A stretch of DNA of 64,000 nucleotides, taken from positions 282,303 to 346,302 of the forward strand of contig JAXHNJ010000002.1 of assembly GCA_034520665.1 (NCBI GenBank), given 5' to 3'. The notes under the pieces are model-generated. The model was not told the DNA's origin. It saw only the letters and a list, made by a program, of their open reading frames with translations, and did not search any database. Both the position numbers and the translations under genes were made by a program. The first letter of the stretch is position 1, and every line of letters starts with the position of its first letter. Of this stretch, positions 29,517-38,653 are shown one piece after another. The DNA comes from Patescibacteria group bacterium. Lineage in GTDB: Bacteria > Patescibacteriota > Patescibacteriia > JAXHNJ01.

Positions 29517-30716
29517 TTATTTTTTTGTTATTTTTTTAAGCCCCTCTTTTTTTTGGCCAAAGTAAAACATAGCTCCTAAAGCCCAAACTAAAGTGACAAA
29601 TTTAACCAAACCACTAAAAATTCCCAAAAAAGAACCTGACCACAAAATTAAGTCAACAATAACCGTATAAATTAATAAACCTAAAATTAAAGACCAGAAA
29701 AGTGAAACTTCTTCTATTTTTTTCTTTTGTAAATAAGATAAAATCTTACGACCCAAAACAACACCAATAAAAGCCGTGCTAATATAAATAGCTATACCAT
29801 AAAGTAAAAGCATAATTATACCCAAAGGCAAGCCAATTATAGTAATCATTAATATTATAGAAACAATAGGAGTAATAATTAAAATAGCTAGGCCATAAAG
29901 CATAGACTGGCCTGGTTTTATTAGCATACGTTTTGACACTTTTTTCACTTTATCTTCAAAAATCCAGATTAGAATCAAACCGACAATTATCAGGCCAAAA
30001 AAGCTGGTTAGGTTAGTAAACCACCAAAATGAATTAATAAACTTTCTGGTTGTTTTACCGACACCGGTTGGCTCATGTCTGGTTACCTCTCCGCTAATAC
30101 TGGCTTCGTCATCAATCTGGGCTTTGCGCTGACTGTAGTAATCCAAATTGCCACCAATACTAGCTCCGGAAACAATGGTTAAAGTCGGCGCATTTTTACC
30201 TTCTCCGTCAAAACGCAGCTCAACATTTTCCCCTATTTGTCCGCTGACCGCTACACTACCGGCTCCGCCGTGCAAGTCGCCATCAATTTTTCCTTTGATA
30301 TTACCAGTGCCACTGTAAAGACTAACATCGCCTAAAACATGGCTGTCCAAACCAAAATCAGCACTGCCAGCAAAAATATTCACGTTCCCCTTTACTAAAC
30401 CGTCAATAAGGACTGTGCCGCCGGCTACTCGTACGTCACCAGTCACTTCACCGCTGATTTTAATCGAACTGGCTGCGGCCAAAACATCGCCTGAGACCTG
30501 GCCTGAAATATCAATACTGGCTCCAGCAATAATAACATCACCTTTAATCTTCCCTCGAATATCAAAAGTATTAGCCCCGCGCACAAAATTATCATCAATA
30601 GTCTGGTTAGCCGGAATATAAACATTTAATACTTTCTGGCTACTGCCGGCTCCCTGAGCTGTTACTGGCAATAATAGTAAAGTCAAAAAACTTAAAGTCA
30701 ATAGTAATTTTTTCAT
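29517..30716 (-). CDS. Secreted/membrane protein with bactofilin-like beta-helical repeats and a C-terminal multi-TM domain
   Basis: A signal peptide is followed by repeated G-x-V-x-G-D-V tracts (ISGQVSGDV, ISGEVTGDV). About 5 C-terminal TM helices follow. Confidence 0.5.
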   Translation of the reverse strand: MKKLLLTLSFLTLLLLPVTAQGAGSSQKVLNVYIPANQTIDDNFVRGANTFDIRGKIKGDVIIAGASIDISGQVSGDVLAAASSIKISGEVTGDVRVAGGTVLIDGLVKGNVNIFAGSADFGLDSHVLGDVSLYSGTGNIKGKIDGDLHGGAGSVAVSGQIGENVELRFDGEGKNAPTLTIVSGASIGGNLDYYSQRKAQIDDEASISGEVTRHEPTGVGKTTRKFINSFWWFTNLTSFFGLIIVGLILIWIFEDKVKKVSKRMLIKPGQSMLYGLAILIITPIVSIILMITIIGLPLGIIMLLLYGIAIYISTAFIGVVLGRKILSYLQKKKIEEVSLFWSLILGLLIYTVIVDLILWSGSFLGIFSGLVKFVTLVWALGAMFYFGQKKEGLKKITKK

Positions 30717-30778
30717 ATTTTTTCCTTCTTAACTATTAAGTAAATCGTTTTTTATATTAGCATTTTAAAGCCATAAAA

Positions 30779-31567
30779 TCAATTTTTTTTGGCTACAGTT
30801 ATTATATTATAGCCTTCTTTTTTATTAGTTTTTTTACCCCGAAAAGAAAAATAATTTTCTAGCATTTTGAAACCATTTTCTCTTAATAATTTTTCAATCT
30901 CTTTTAACTTATAAGCATGGAGATAACGCAAAGCTAAAATGTCCTGATCCGGAGATTTCCAGGGTTTTAAAATATCATTAAAATCCATCTTATTAAGACC
31001 GAATATTTTTTTTAGATTATACTCAAATCTTAATAAACGAAATCTGGGCTGCCAGAGATTCCAATTGGTCATTATGAAAATTCCTTCTTTTTTTAAAACA
31101 CGGTTAATTTCCCTAAGTGATTTTTCCCGAAAATCTTTGGCCGGAATATGCTGCCAAACAGCTACAGCTAAAACTACGTCAAAAATATTGTCACCAAAAG
31201 GCATATTCATAATATCGCCAACCACAAATTTTTCATCAGGATGACGCTGTCGAGCCAGTTTAATCAAGGCCAATGAAGAGTCAAGACCAGTGTAATTAAT
31301 TCCGCTTTCAATATTATTTTTCTTGGAATTTTTAGCCGGGTTAACCTTGATTTTTTGCAAAAATTCCGATAACCTACCATTACCGCAGCCAGCGTCTAAA
31401 ACTTTGTCGTCTGATTTAATATATTTTTTAAAAAATTTAAAATCCTCCCAGAGATAATTCCTGGTTTCCGAAAAATGACCGGCAATCAGATTATAATCAT
31501 GGCGGCCTTTATTAATTAATTCTCTGGCTAGTTTCTTTTTCATATGAAAGATATTAAAATTGCTCAA
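30779..31567 (-). CDS. Class I SAM-dependent methyltransferase
   Basis: Motif I reads VLDAGCGNGRLS. Confidence 0.7.
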   Translation of the reverse strand: MSNFNIFHMKKKLARELINKGRHDYNLIAGHFSETRNYLWEDFKFFKKYIKSDDKVLDAGCGNGRLSEFLQKIKVNPAKNSKKNNIESGINYTGLDSSLALIKLARQRHPDEKFVVGDIMNMPFGDNIFDVVLAVAVWQHIPAKDFREKSLREINRVLKKEGIFIMTNWNLWQPRFRLLRFEYNLKKIFGLNKMDFNDILKPWKSPDQDILALRYLHAYKLKEIEKLLRENGFKMLENYFSFRGKKTNKKEGYNIITVAKKN

Positions 31568-33142
31568 AAATTAATCAGAAAGCTGATCAGAAAAAAATAT
31601 TATTCTCCCAAAAAGCTTTCGCTTTTAAAACGGGAATTTTCCAAAAAATACGGCTGTTCCCTTCTTTCTAATATTACCTTAATTAAAGCTTACCGGCAAC
31701 TTTTAAAAAATAAAAAAATAACTAAAAATCACAAGGTTTTAAAATTACTAAGAAGAAGAGATGTGCGTACTCTTTCTGGAGTCAGTATTATTACGGTTTT
31801 AACCAAGCCCTATCAGTGCCCGGGTAATTGCATTTACTGCCCGAGTGAAAAAGATATGCCTAAAAGTTATCTAAAAAAAGAGCCGGCCGCTCAAAGAGCT
31901 TATCTTAATAAATTTGACCCTTATAAACAGGTTCAAACTCGTATTAAATCTTTAATTCTGACCGGCCATCCAGTGGATAAAATAGAAATGATTGTTCTGG
32001 GCGGTTCCTGGACCGCTTATCCCAAAAAATACAAAACTTGGTTTATTAAGAGATGTTTTGACGCTTGTAATCATTCGACTAGTAAAACCTTAGAGCAAGC
32101 GCAAAAGAAAAACGAAAAAGCCAAGCACCGTATCATCGGACTGTCTTTGGAAACTCGGCCGGATTTAATTGATGAAAAAGAAGCTCTGGCTATGAGAAAA
32201 CTTGGCTGTACCCGAGTGGAGCTAGGCGTGCAAACTATTTATCCAAAAATATTAAAAAAAATAAATCGCCAGGCTACTGTCGAAGACACGGTTAAGGCTA
32301 CAAAAATTCTCAAAGATTTTGGTTTTAAAATTGTTTATCACCTAATGCCTAACTTACCCGGCTCCACTCCGGTTAAGGATTTAAAAATATTTAAAACTAT
32401 CTTTTCTGATCCTCGCTTTCAACCAGATATGCTCAAGATTTACCCCTGTGTGGTTTTGAAAACGGCTAAGCTTTACCAACAATGGCAAAAGAAATTATAT
32501 AAACCTTATTCTCAAAAAACTCTTAATAAATTACTGATCAATATAAAAAAAACCATTCCTCCTTACGTCCGTATTAATCGCCTTATCCGTGACATACCCT
32601 CTGACTGCATTGAAGCCGGCAATAAAGTAACTAATCTGCGTCAGATTATCCAAAAAGAATATTCGCATTGCCAGTGTATCCGTTGCCGCGAAGCCCGTGA
32701 AAAACCGGTTGAAAAAGATATAAAATTTATTAAAAGAGTATATCAGGCTTCCAAGGCAACCGAATATTTTTTAAGTTTTGAATCAAAAGATAAAAAAACC
32801 CTTTACGCTTTTCTGCGTTTACGCTTGCCAAACTCTTTATCCGCGCAGACTGGAAAGTCTGCGCGGGCCAGTCATATTGCTATGATTCGTGAACTACATA
32901 CCTATGGCCAATCCCTATCCCTCCCAAAAAGATCTTCCCAAAGAAGCTCGGCTGTTCAAACCCGACTAAAAGCTGTCCAGCATTTGGGGTTGGGTAAAAA
33001 ATTGATGAAAAAAGCCGAGAAAATAGCTAAGCAAAAAAGTTTTCAAAAAATTGCCGTTATCTCTGGTATTGGCGTACGCCAATATTATCGTAAACTAGAC
33101 TACCGTTTAAGTCAGACTTATATGGTTAAGAAAATTAAATAA
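31544..33142 (+). CDS. elp3: Elp3-family radical SAM/GNAT protein (tRNA uridine-34 modification, Elongator Elp3 homolog)
   Basis: The radical-SAM cluster motif CPGNCIYCP is present. A C-terminal GNAT-like region follows. It is 532 aa. Confidence 0.7.
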   Translation: MKDIKIAQKLIRKLIRKKYYSPKKLSLLKREFSKKYGCSLLSNITLIKAYRQLLKNKKITKNHKVLKLLRRRDVRTLSGVSIITVLTKPYQCPGNCIYCPSEKDMPKSYLKKEPAAQRAYLNKFDPYKQVQTRIKSLILTGHPVDKIEMIVLGGSWTAYPKKYKTWFIKRCFDACNHSTSKTLEQAQKKNEKAKHRIIGLSLETRPDLIDEKEALAMRKLGCTRVELGVQTIYPKILKKINRQATVEDTVKATKILKDFGFKIVYHLMPNLPGSTPVKDLKIFKTIFSDPRFQPDMLKIYPCVVLKTAKLYQQWQKKLYKPYSQKTLNKLLINIKKTIPPYVRINRLIRDIPSDCIEAGNKVTNLRQIIQKEYSHCQCIRCREAREKPVEKDIKFIKRVYQASKATEYFLSFESKDKKTLYAFLRLRLPNSLSAQTGKSARASHIAMIRELHTYGQSLSLPKRSSQRSSAVQTRLKAVQHLGLGKKLMKKAEKIAKQKSFQKIAVISGIGVRQYYRKLDYRLSQTYMVKKIK

Positions 33143-33249
33143 ATATCTCATTCTCCCCAAGGCATTAAATAGTCTTTAAAATTATAGGGTAATTTGCTAT
33201 CGCCCGGTACTTTTTTAGTTATTAAAGATATGCTAAAATAACCACACCT

Positions 33250-34488
33250 ATGAAATATTTAAACAAAACTGATAATAAAGTGGCTCGGGCTATTGCCCAG
33301 GAGATAAAAAGACAGCAGACTGGACTGGAATTAATCCCTTCAGAAAACTTTGTTTCTATGTCAGTCCTGGAAGCCTTGGGTAGTGTTTTAACTAATAAGT
33401 ATTCAGAAGGCTACCCCGGTAAGCGATATTACGGCGGTACCCAGAATGTTGATACTACCGAGCAACTAGCTATTGACCGAGCTAAAAAACTTTTCGGGGC
33501 CGAGCATGTTAATGTCCAGCCTTTGTCTGGCGCTCCGGCCAATGTAGCTGTTTATTTTGCCTTGCTTGAGCCAGGTGATACAGTTCTAGGCATGGATCTC
33601 TCGCACGGCGGGCATCTCACTCACGGCCATCCGGTTACTTATATGTCTAAGCTTTATAACTTTGTCAGATATAAAACTACTCCGGCCGGCGAAATTGATT
33701 ATCAGGAAGTAGAAAAACTGGCTAAAGAACACAAGCCAAAAATAATTCTCTGCGGCTATTCAGCTTACTCTCGGGAAATTGATTATCAAAAATTTAAATA
33801 TATTGCTGATCAGGTTAATGCTATTACCATGGCTGATATCGCTCATATCGCCGGCTTGATCGCGGCTGGCCAGATGAATAATCCAGTACCTCTTTTTGAT
33901 ATAGTAACCACTACCACTCATAAAACTCTGCGTGGCCCCCGCGGCGGTATGATTATGTGCCAGGAAAAATGGGCTGAGAAAATTGATAAGGCAGTTTTTC
34001 CCGGTTTCCAGGGCGGGCCGCATGAGCATAATATTGCCGCCAAAGCGGTCGCTTTTGGTGAAGCTTTATTGCCCTCTTTCAAAGAATACGCCCGGCAAAT
34101 TAAGAAAAATGCTAAAGTGCTTTGCCAAACTCTTAAAAACGAGGGGTTAAAAATTTGTTTTAACAAAACTGAAAATCACCTTATTTTATCGGACCTGACT
34201 CCCCTTGGCCTAGCCGGTAAAGAAGCACAAAATGTTTTGGACGAAGTTAAGATTACCTTGAATAAAAATATGATTCCGGATGACCCCAGAAAACCCATGG
34301 ACCCCTCTGGCATCCGTTTGGGTACGCCGGCTCTGACTACCCGCGGTTTTAAAGAAAAAGACATGAAAATTGTCGGCGAAACTTTAGCCCAAGTGCTTAA
34401 AAATCCAAAAAGCGATTCCATTAAAAAACAAGCCTTAACCGTAGTGGCTGATTTAACTAAAAAGCACCCGCTTTATCCAGAACTATAA
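33250..34488 (+). CDS. glyA: Serine hydroxymethyltransferase
   Basis: The motifs [26 protein letters not shown] and the PLP-lysine region [14 protein letters not shown] are present. Confidence 0.95.
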   Translation: MKYLNKTDNKVARAIAQEIKRQQTGLELIPSENFVSMSVLEALGSVLTNKYSEGYPGKRYYGGTQNVDTTEQLAIDRAKKLFGAEHVNVQPLSGAPANVAVYFALLEPGDTVLGMDLSHGGHLTHGHPVTYMSKLYNFVRYKTTPAGEIDYQEVEKLAKEHKPKIILCGYSAYSREIDYQKFKYIADQVNAITMADIAHIAGLIAAGQMNNPVPLFDIVTTTTHKTLRGPRGGMIMCQEKWAEKIDKAVFPGFQGGPHEHNIAAKAVAFGEALLPSFKEYARQIKKNAKVLCQTLKNEGLKICFNKTENHLILSDLTPLGLAGKEAQNVLDEVKITLNKNMIPDDPRKPMDPSGIRLGTPALTTRGFKEKDMKIVGETLAQVLKNPKSDSIKKQALTVVADLTKKHPLYPEL

Positions 34489-34505
34489 AAGCCGATTGTT
34501 AATTT

Positions 34506-35366
34506 TTGATAAATAATATTATGCCCAATAAAATAATTGACGGTCAAGCCTTAGCTGAAAAAATTAAGAAAAATTTAAAAAATAAAATATCAAAAACTTC
34601 CTTCACACCGGGTTTAGCCGTTATTTTAGTCGGTGATGATAAAGCTTCGCATCTTTATGTCAGTTTAAAAGAAAAAGCCTGTCAAAAAGTAGGCTTTCAT
34701 TTTGAAAAACATCTTTTTAACGCTCAAACCCAGGAAAAAGAAATTATTGAAAAAGTAGAAAACCTAAATAAAAATTCTAGTATAGCCGGCATTATCGTTC
34801 AATTGCCTCTGCCGCGCCACTTGGACCAGGATAAAATAATCAAGAAAATAGACTGGCGTAAAGACGTAGACGGTTTTCATCCTTTTAATATTAAAAAAAT
34901 TCTAGAAGGACAGGATGTTATTTTACCTGGTTTGATTAAGAGTGTCTTAGCTTTGTTAAAAAAAGCCCGGGTTTCACCGAAAAAAAAGAAAATCGCTCTT
35001 TTAGCCAATAGTGATGTTTTAATTAAACCGCTTAAATATATTCTGGAAAAAAGAGGCGGGCAAGTAGAAATTAAAAAACAGGGTGATTACTTTCAAGATA
35101 CTACCCGCCAATCTGATATTATAATTATCGCCTATGGCCGGCCTAATTTGATAAAAGAGAGTATGATTAAAGAAGGGGCCACTATTATTGACATTGGTTT
35201 TAACCGTCTTGATGATAAAAAATCAGTCGGTGATGTTGATTTTGAAGATGTCAAGGATAAAGTTAAAAAAATCTCGCCGGTACCCGGCGGGGTCGGGCCT
35301 TTAACCGTGGCCTTTTTACTGGAAAACACTTACTTATCGGCTCAATATCTTAATAAAGTAAAATAA
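34506..35366 (+). CDS. folD: Bifunctional methylene-THF dehydrogenase/cyclohydrolase
   Basis: The motifs IIDGQALA...LAVILVGDD.AS.YV..K and PVPGGVGPLTVA are present. Confidence 0.9.
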   Translation: MINNIMPNKIIDGQALAEKIKKNLKNKISKTSFTPGLAVILVGDDKASHLYVSLKEKACQKVGFHFEKHLFNAQTQEKEIIEKVENLNKNSSIAGIIVQLPLPRHLDQDKIIKKIDWRKDVDGFHPFNIKKILEGQDVILPGLIKSVLALLKKARVSPKKKKIALLANSDVLIKPLKYILEKRGGQVEIKKQGDYFQDTTRQSDIIIIAYGRPNLIKESMIKEGATIIDIGFNRLDDKKSVGDVDFEDVKDKVKKISPVPGGVGPLTVAFLLENTYLSAQYLNKVK

Positions 35367-35372
35367 AATACT

Positions 35373-36863
35373 ATGAAGAATATAAAACAACTGGGCTTAG
35401 CTTTAACTACTATTATTTTAATTATTAGCTGCGTTCTAGCTATGAGTACATTAACTTATATTTTTATTCAAAGAATTAACAATTCTAACCAATCGGTTTC
35501 TTTAAGCAATATAGCTAACCAGTTCAGAGAAGATTGGCGCGGAGTTTTAAAAGTGTCAGCTTTTGAAGCAGATCCCTTAGAACAATATCTTTATAATTTA
35601 AAAATTGAGAAAAAAACAAATTCTAACGCAAACATAAAAAATAATATTAACACAAATATCTCTAATAATAACTCTAATACTAATGAAGAAATAAATATTA
35701 ATAGCAATAATAAAAATGTGAATAATAATATAAATTATAATAGCAACGCAAATATTAATTCAAATAATAATCTTAATCAAAATATTAATAATAATACTAA
35801 CTTAAATCAGAATCTAAATACAAACACCAACCAAAATATAAATGCTAACATTAACTATAATGTAAATGTTAATAGTAATAATAATATTAATCTAAACCAA
35901 AACTTAAACATAAATACTAATCAGAATACAAATCTAAACCAAAATGTAAATTTTAATAATAATGTAAATATAAATCTTAATTCTAATTTTAATCAAAACA
36001 TAAATAAAAACAATAATATAAACTCTAATCTTAATAATAATATTAATAAAAATTTAAACAATAATATAAATACAAATCTTAATGAAAATACCAACAAATC
36101 AGAAACGCCAGAAAGGCCAAATTCAATTACTAAAAAAGAGTGGTATAAAAATGTGAAAAATGGTACTTTAGTCTTTCAAGTCAATTGGTATTGCTCAGCT
36201 GCTGGTATGAAAATTTATTTTGATCAATCAATAAATCAAAATAGGGATATTGGTCTTTATCATGGCGATTGCACAAATCCTAGTGTTCAGGTAAAAGGTA
36301 ATTTTAAGCCAGTTAAATTAGAAGAGTATAAAAAAGGAAAACAAATTTCTTTCCGCTTAGAAAGCGATTTATACTCAACCAACAAAACTGTTCATACAAA
36401 CATTGAGGATAAATGTCATATTGACTATTTTCCTTTTTCCGGAAGAAAAGATGTCCCAGCTATCCAATTTACCTGCGACGACGGATATAATATGGGCCTT
36501 TGGGATGATATACAATTTACTGTATATGTTTTTCCTAAAGGTAAAAAAATTGATATCCCAGAAGTTATCACTCAAAAAGATATAGATACTGACGGAGATG
36601 GAATAACAGACTTAGAAGAGATTAAAATCGGCACTAAAAGAAGTCATTTTGATACTGATAATGATGGTTATTCAGATAAAACGGAAATAGATAAAGGTTA
36701 TAGCCCCTTAATTCCAGCTACTAAACCAAATCCAAACCCCGAAACATATGAAAAAAAATATTACGACGAAATCCCTGAAACAGAAATAAAAAGAGATGAT
36801 ATGGATTTAAAATATCCAAAAAAAGCTACTCCTACCACCCTTTATACAATAGAAGATCTATAA
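35373..36863 (+). CDS. Anchored protein with an extreme Asn-rich low-complexity region and C-terminal thrombospondin-type-3-like calcium-binding repeats
   Basis: It has an N-terminal TM helix. A ~160-residue N/I/L/Q-only tract is followed by DTDGDGITDLEE and DTDNDGYSDKTE. Confidence 0.6.
   Translation: MKNIKQLGLALTTIILIISCVLAMSTLTYIFIQRINNSNQSVSLSNIANQFREDWRGVLKVSAFEADPLEQYLYNLKIEKKTNSNANIKNNINTNISNNNSNTNEEININSNNKNVNNNINYNSNANINSNNNLNQNINNNTNLNQNLNTNTNQNINANINYNVNVNSNNNINLNQNLNINTNQNTNLNQNVNFNNNVNINLNSNFNQNINKNNNINSNLNNNINKNLNNNINTNLNENTNKSETPERPNSITKKEWYKNVKNGTLVFQVNWYCSAAGMKIYFDQSINQNRDIGLYHGDCTNPSVQVKGNFKPVKLEEYKKGKQISFRLESDLYSTNKTVHTNIEDKCHIDYFPFSGRKDVPAIQFTCDDGYNMGLWDDIQFTVYVFPKGKKIDIPEVITQKDIDTDGDGITDLEEIKIGTKRSHFDTDNDGYSDKTEIDKGYSPLIPATKPNPNPETYEKKYYDEIPETEIKRDDMDLKYPKKATPTTLYTIEDL
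35620..36110 (+). repeat. AAT/AAC-rich coding microsatellite-like region (Asn codon repeats)
   Basis: Visible tandem units such as aataataatattaat and aatcaaaat fill this stretch. Confidence 0.7.
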
Positions 36864-36886
36864 AATAATACTTATTAAAAATAAAA

Positions 36887-37414
36887 ATGTATAAATATTG
36901 CCCTCAGTGTAAAACTAAATTAGTCAAGAAAAATTTGCATACCAGCGATCCGGTCAGACTTTGCTGCCCTAGGTGCGGCTATGTTCAATACAATAATCCG
37001 GCTCCCACAGTCACCGGTCTTTTTAAAAAAGATAATAAATACTTATTTAGTCAGAGAGCTATTGAACCCTTAAAAAATTATTGGGATTTCCCAGGCGGTT
37101 TTATTGAGTCTTTTGAACCCCCTAAAAAGGCTCTAAAAAGAGAAATGAAAGAAGAATTAACCGTGGCCATAACTAAGGCTGATTTTTTCGGAGTTTATAT
37201 AGATAAATATTTTTATAACGAAAAAGACCAATCAACACTTAACCTTTATTATTTAGTAAAATATCAGGGCCACTTAAAACCCAAAGACGACGTTAAAGCC
37301 ATTGAATGGTTTACTTTAGATAATCTGCCAGAAAAAATCGCTTTTAAACATATCTATCAAGTAATTAAGGATTTAAAAAAATATGAATCAAAAACAATCA
37401 AAAAAAATAACTGA
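36887..37414 (+). CDS. NUDIX hydrolase with an N-terminal zinc ribbon (NudC-like architecture)
   Basis: Zinc-ribbon cysteines CPQC...CPRCG are followed by the Nudix box GGFIESFEPPKKALKREMKEEL. Confidence 0.75.
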   Translation: MYKYCPQCKTKLVKKNLHTSDPVRLCCPRCGYVQYNNPAPTVTGLFKKDNKYLFSQRAIEPLKNYWDFPGGFIESFEPPKKALKREMKEELTVAITKADFFGVYIDKYFYNEKDQSTLNLYYLVKYQGHLKPKDDVKAIEWFTLDNLPEKIAFKHIYQVIKDLKKYESKTIKKNN

Positions 37415-37988
37415 TTTCTTTTTTGAGCTTGGTATGCTCAAAAGGCAAAAACATTGTGGTTTTGCTTTAGCCGGCGTTAGTAACAATCTGCGTAGTTTAG
37501 CTGATCATACAGCTCGAGCAGCGGTCATGGCTTATATCTTGGCTGAACTGGAAGGAGTTAACCCAGAAAAAACAGCCACTATCTGCCTTATCCATGATTT
37601 TCCGGAAATGAGAATTGGTGACCATCATAAAATAGCTTCCCGCTACCTAAAAACTAAACCAGCCGAAAAACAAGCTTTTCTGGAACAGACCAAAGATTTA
37701 CCGGAAAAGGTAAAAAAAACCTGGCGAAAATACCATCAGGAACTGGAAAAAAGAAACACACTAGAAGGAGTAGTGGCTAAAGACGCTGACTGGCTGGAGC
37801 AGGCTGTTTCAGCCCGTGAATACATAGCCGAAGGCCACAAAGCCGCCCAAAACTGGATTGATAACGTCAGAAAAGCCTTGGAAACCCAATCAGCTAAAAA
37901 ATTGCTTAAAGAAATTGAAAAAATCGATCCGAGTAATTGGTGGCAAGGACTAAAAAAGATGACTTATAAAAAGTTAAAGAAACGTTGA
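37383..37988 (+). CDS. HD-domain phosphohydrolase (YfbR-like 5'-deoxynucleotidase family)
   Basis: The motifs HTARAAVMAYIL and LIHDFPEMRIGDHH are present. Confidence 0.7.
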   Translation: MNQKQSKKITDFFFELGMLKRQKHCGFALAGVSNNLRSLADHTARAAVMAYILAELEGVNPEKTATICLIHDFPEMRIGDHHKIASRYLKTKPAEKQAFLEQTKDLPEKVKKTWRKYHQELEKRNTLEGVVAKDADWLEQAVSAREYIAEGHKAAQNWIDNVRKALETQSAKKLLKEIEKIDPSNWWQGLKKMTYKKLKKR

Positions 37989-38043
37989 AGTCGTTGAAAT
38001 TATATAGCACTAGCAAAGCCATAGAATTTATTAGAAAAAATAA

Positions 38044-38540
38044 AAAAATATTGAATCAAAATTTAAGATTAATAATTTTTCTGAAATTAAAAAAAATCTC
38101 AGAAAAAATAAAACAGCCAAAAAATTAAATCAGGTTGACACTTATTTTATAGTCAAAAAGGGTCTTTTAAAAATTAGGGAAATTAATAAAAAATTTTTTG
38201 AATTAATTTTTTACCGACGCCCCGACAAAAAAATGGCTAAAACATCAAATTATAAAGTTATTAGCCTAAATAAAAATCAGGCTTAGAAATTAAAAAAATC
38301 TTAAAATTTAGTCTGGGAATTAAAAATATTATTAAAAAAATACGTTTTCTTTATCTTTATAAATATACCCGAATTCACTTAGATAATGTTACTGGCTTAG
38401 GAAAATTTATAGAACTGGAAACCGTGATAAAAAATATAACCGGCCAAAAGGCGAAAACTGAACATAAAGAAATAACAAAAATTCTAGAATTAAACCAAGA
38501 AAAAAGAATCAGCAAATCTTACTGCGAATTAAAAAAATAA
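38044..38540 (+). pseudogene. CYTH-domain (CyaB / triphosphate-tunnel metalloenzyme-like) gene, frameshifted and lacking a start codon
   Basis: Frame 1 (38044-38286) reads IESKFKINNFSEIKKNL...QVDTYFI...GLLKIREIN, a CYTH N-half. A +1 frame (38280-38540) reads ...IRFLYLYKYTRIHLDNVTGLGKFIELE...EKRISKSYCELKK, a CYTH C-half. TAA immediately precedes the first codon. Confidence 0.55.
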
Positions 38541-38653
38541 TACCATCCTTAAAAAAATTACTAACTCAATTAACTAATCAACTTCCGCCAAAGCTTTGCC
38601 TCGCGGCCTAGTAAGCGGATCGCCCTCTGGGCGAAATTAACCAATCAACTAAT

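Noticed and set aside
33760-34421. Three minus-strand ORFs inside glyA
   Set aside because: They are antisense within a highly conserved gene.
36375-36585. Short ORFs on both strands inside the 35373-36863 gene
   Set aside because: They are internal alternative or antisense frames.
37989-38653. Reading 38000-38650 as a purely non-coding AT-rich spacer or sRNA locus
   Set aside because: Two adjacent frames translate into a recognisable CYTH domain. It is better explained as a frameshifted gene.
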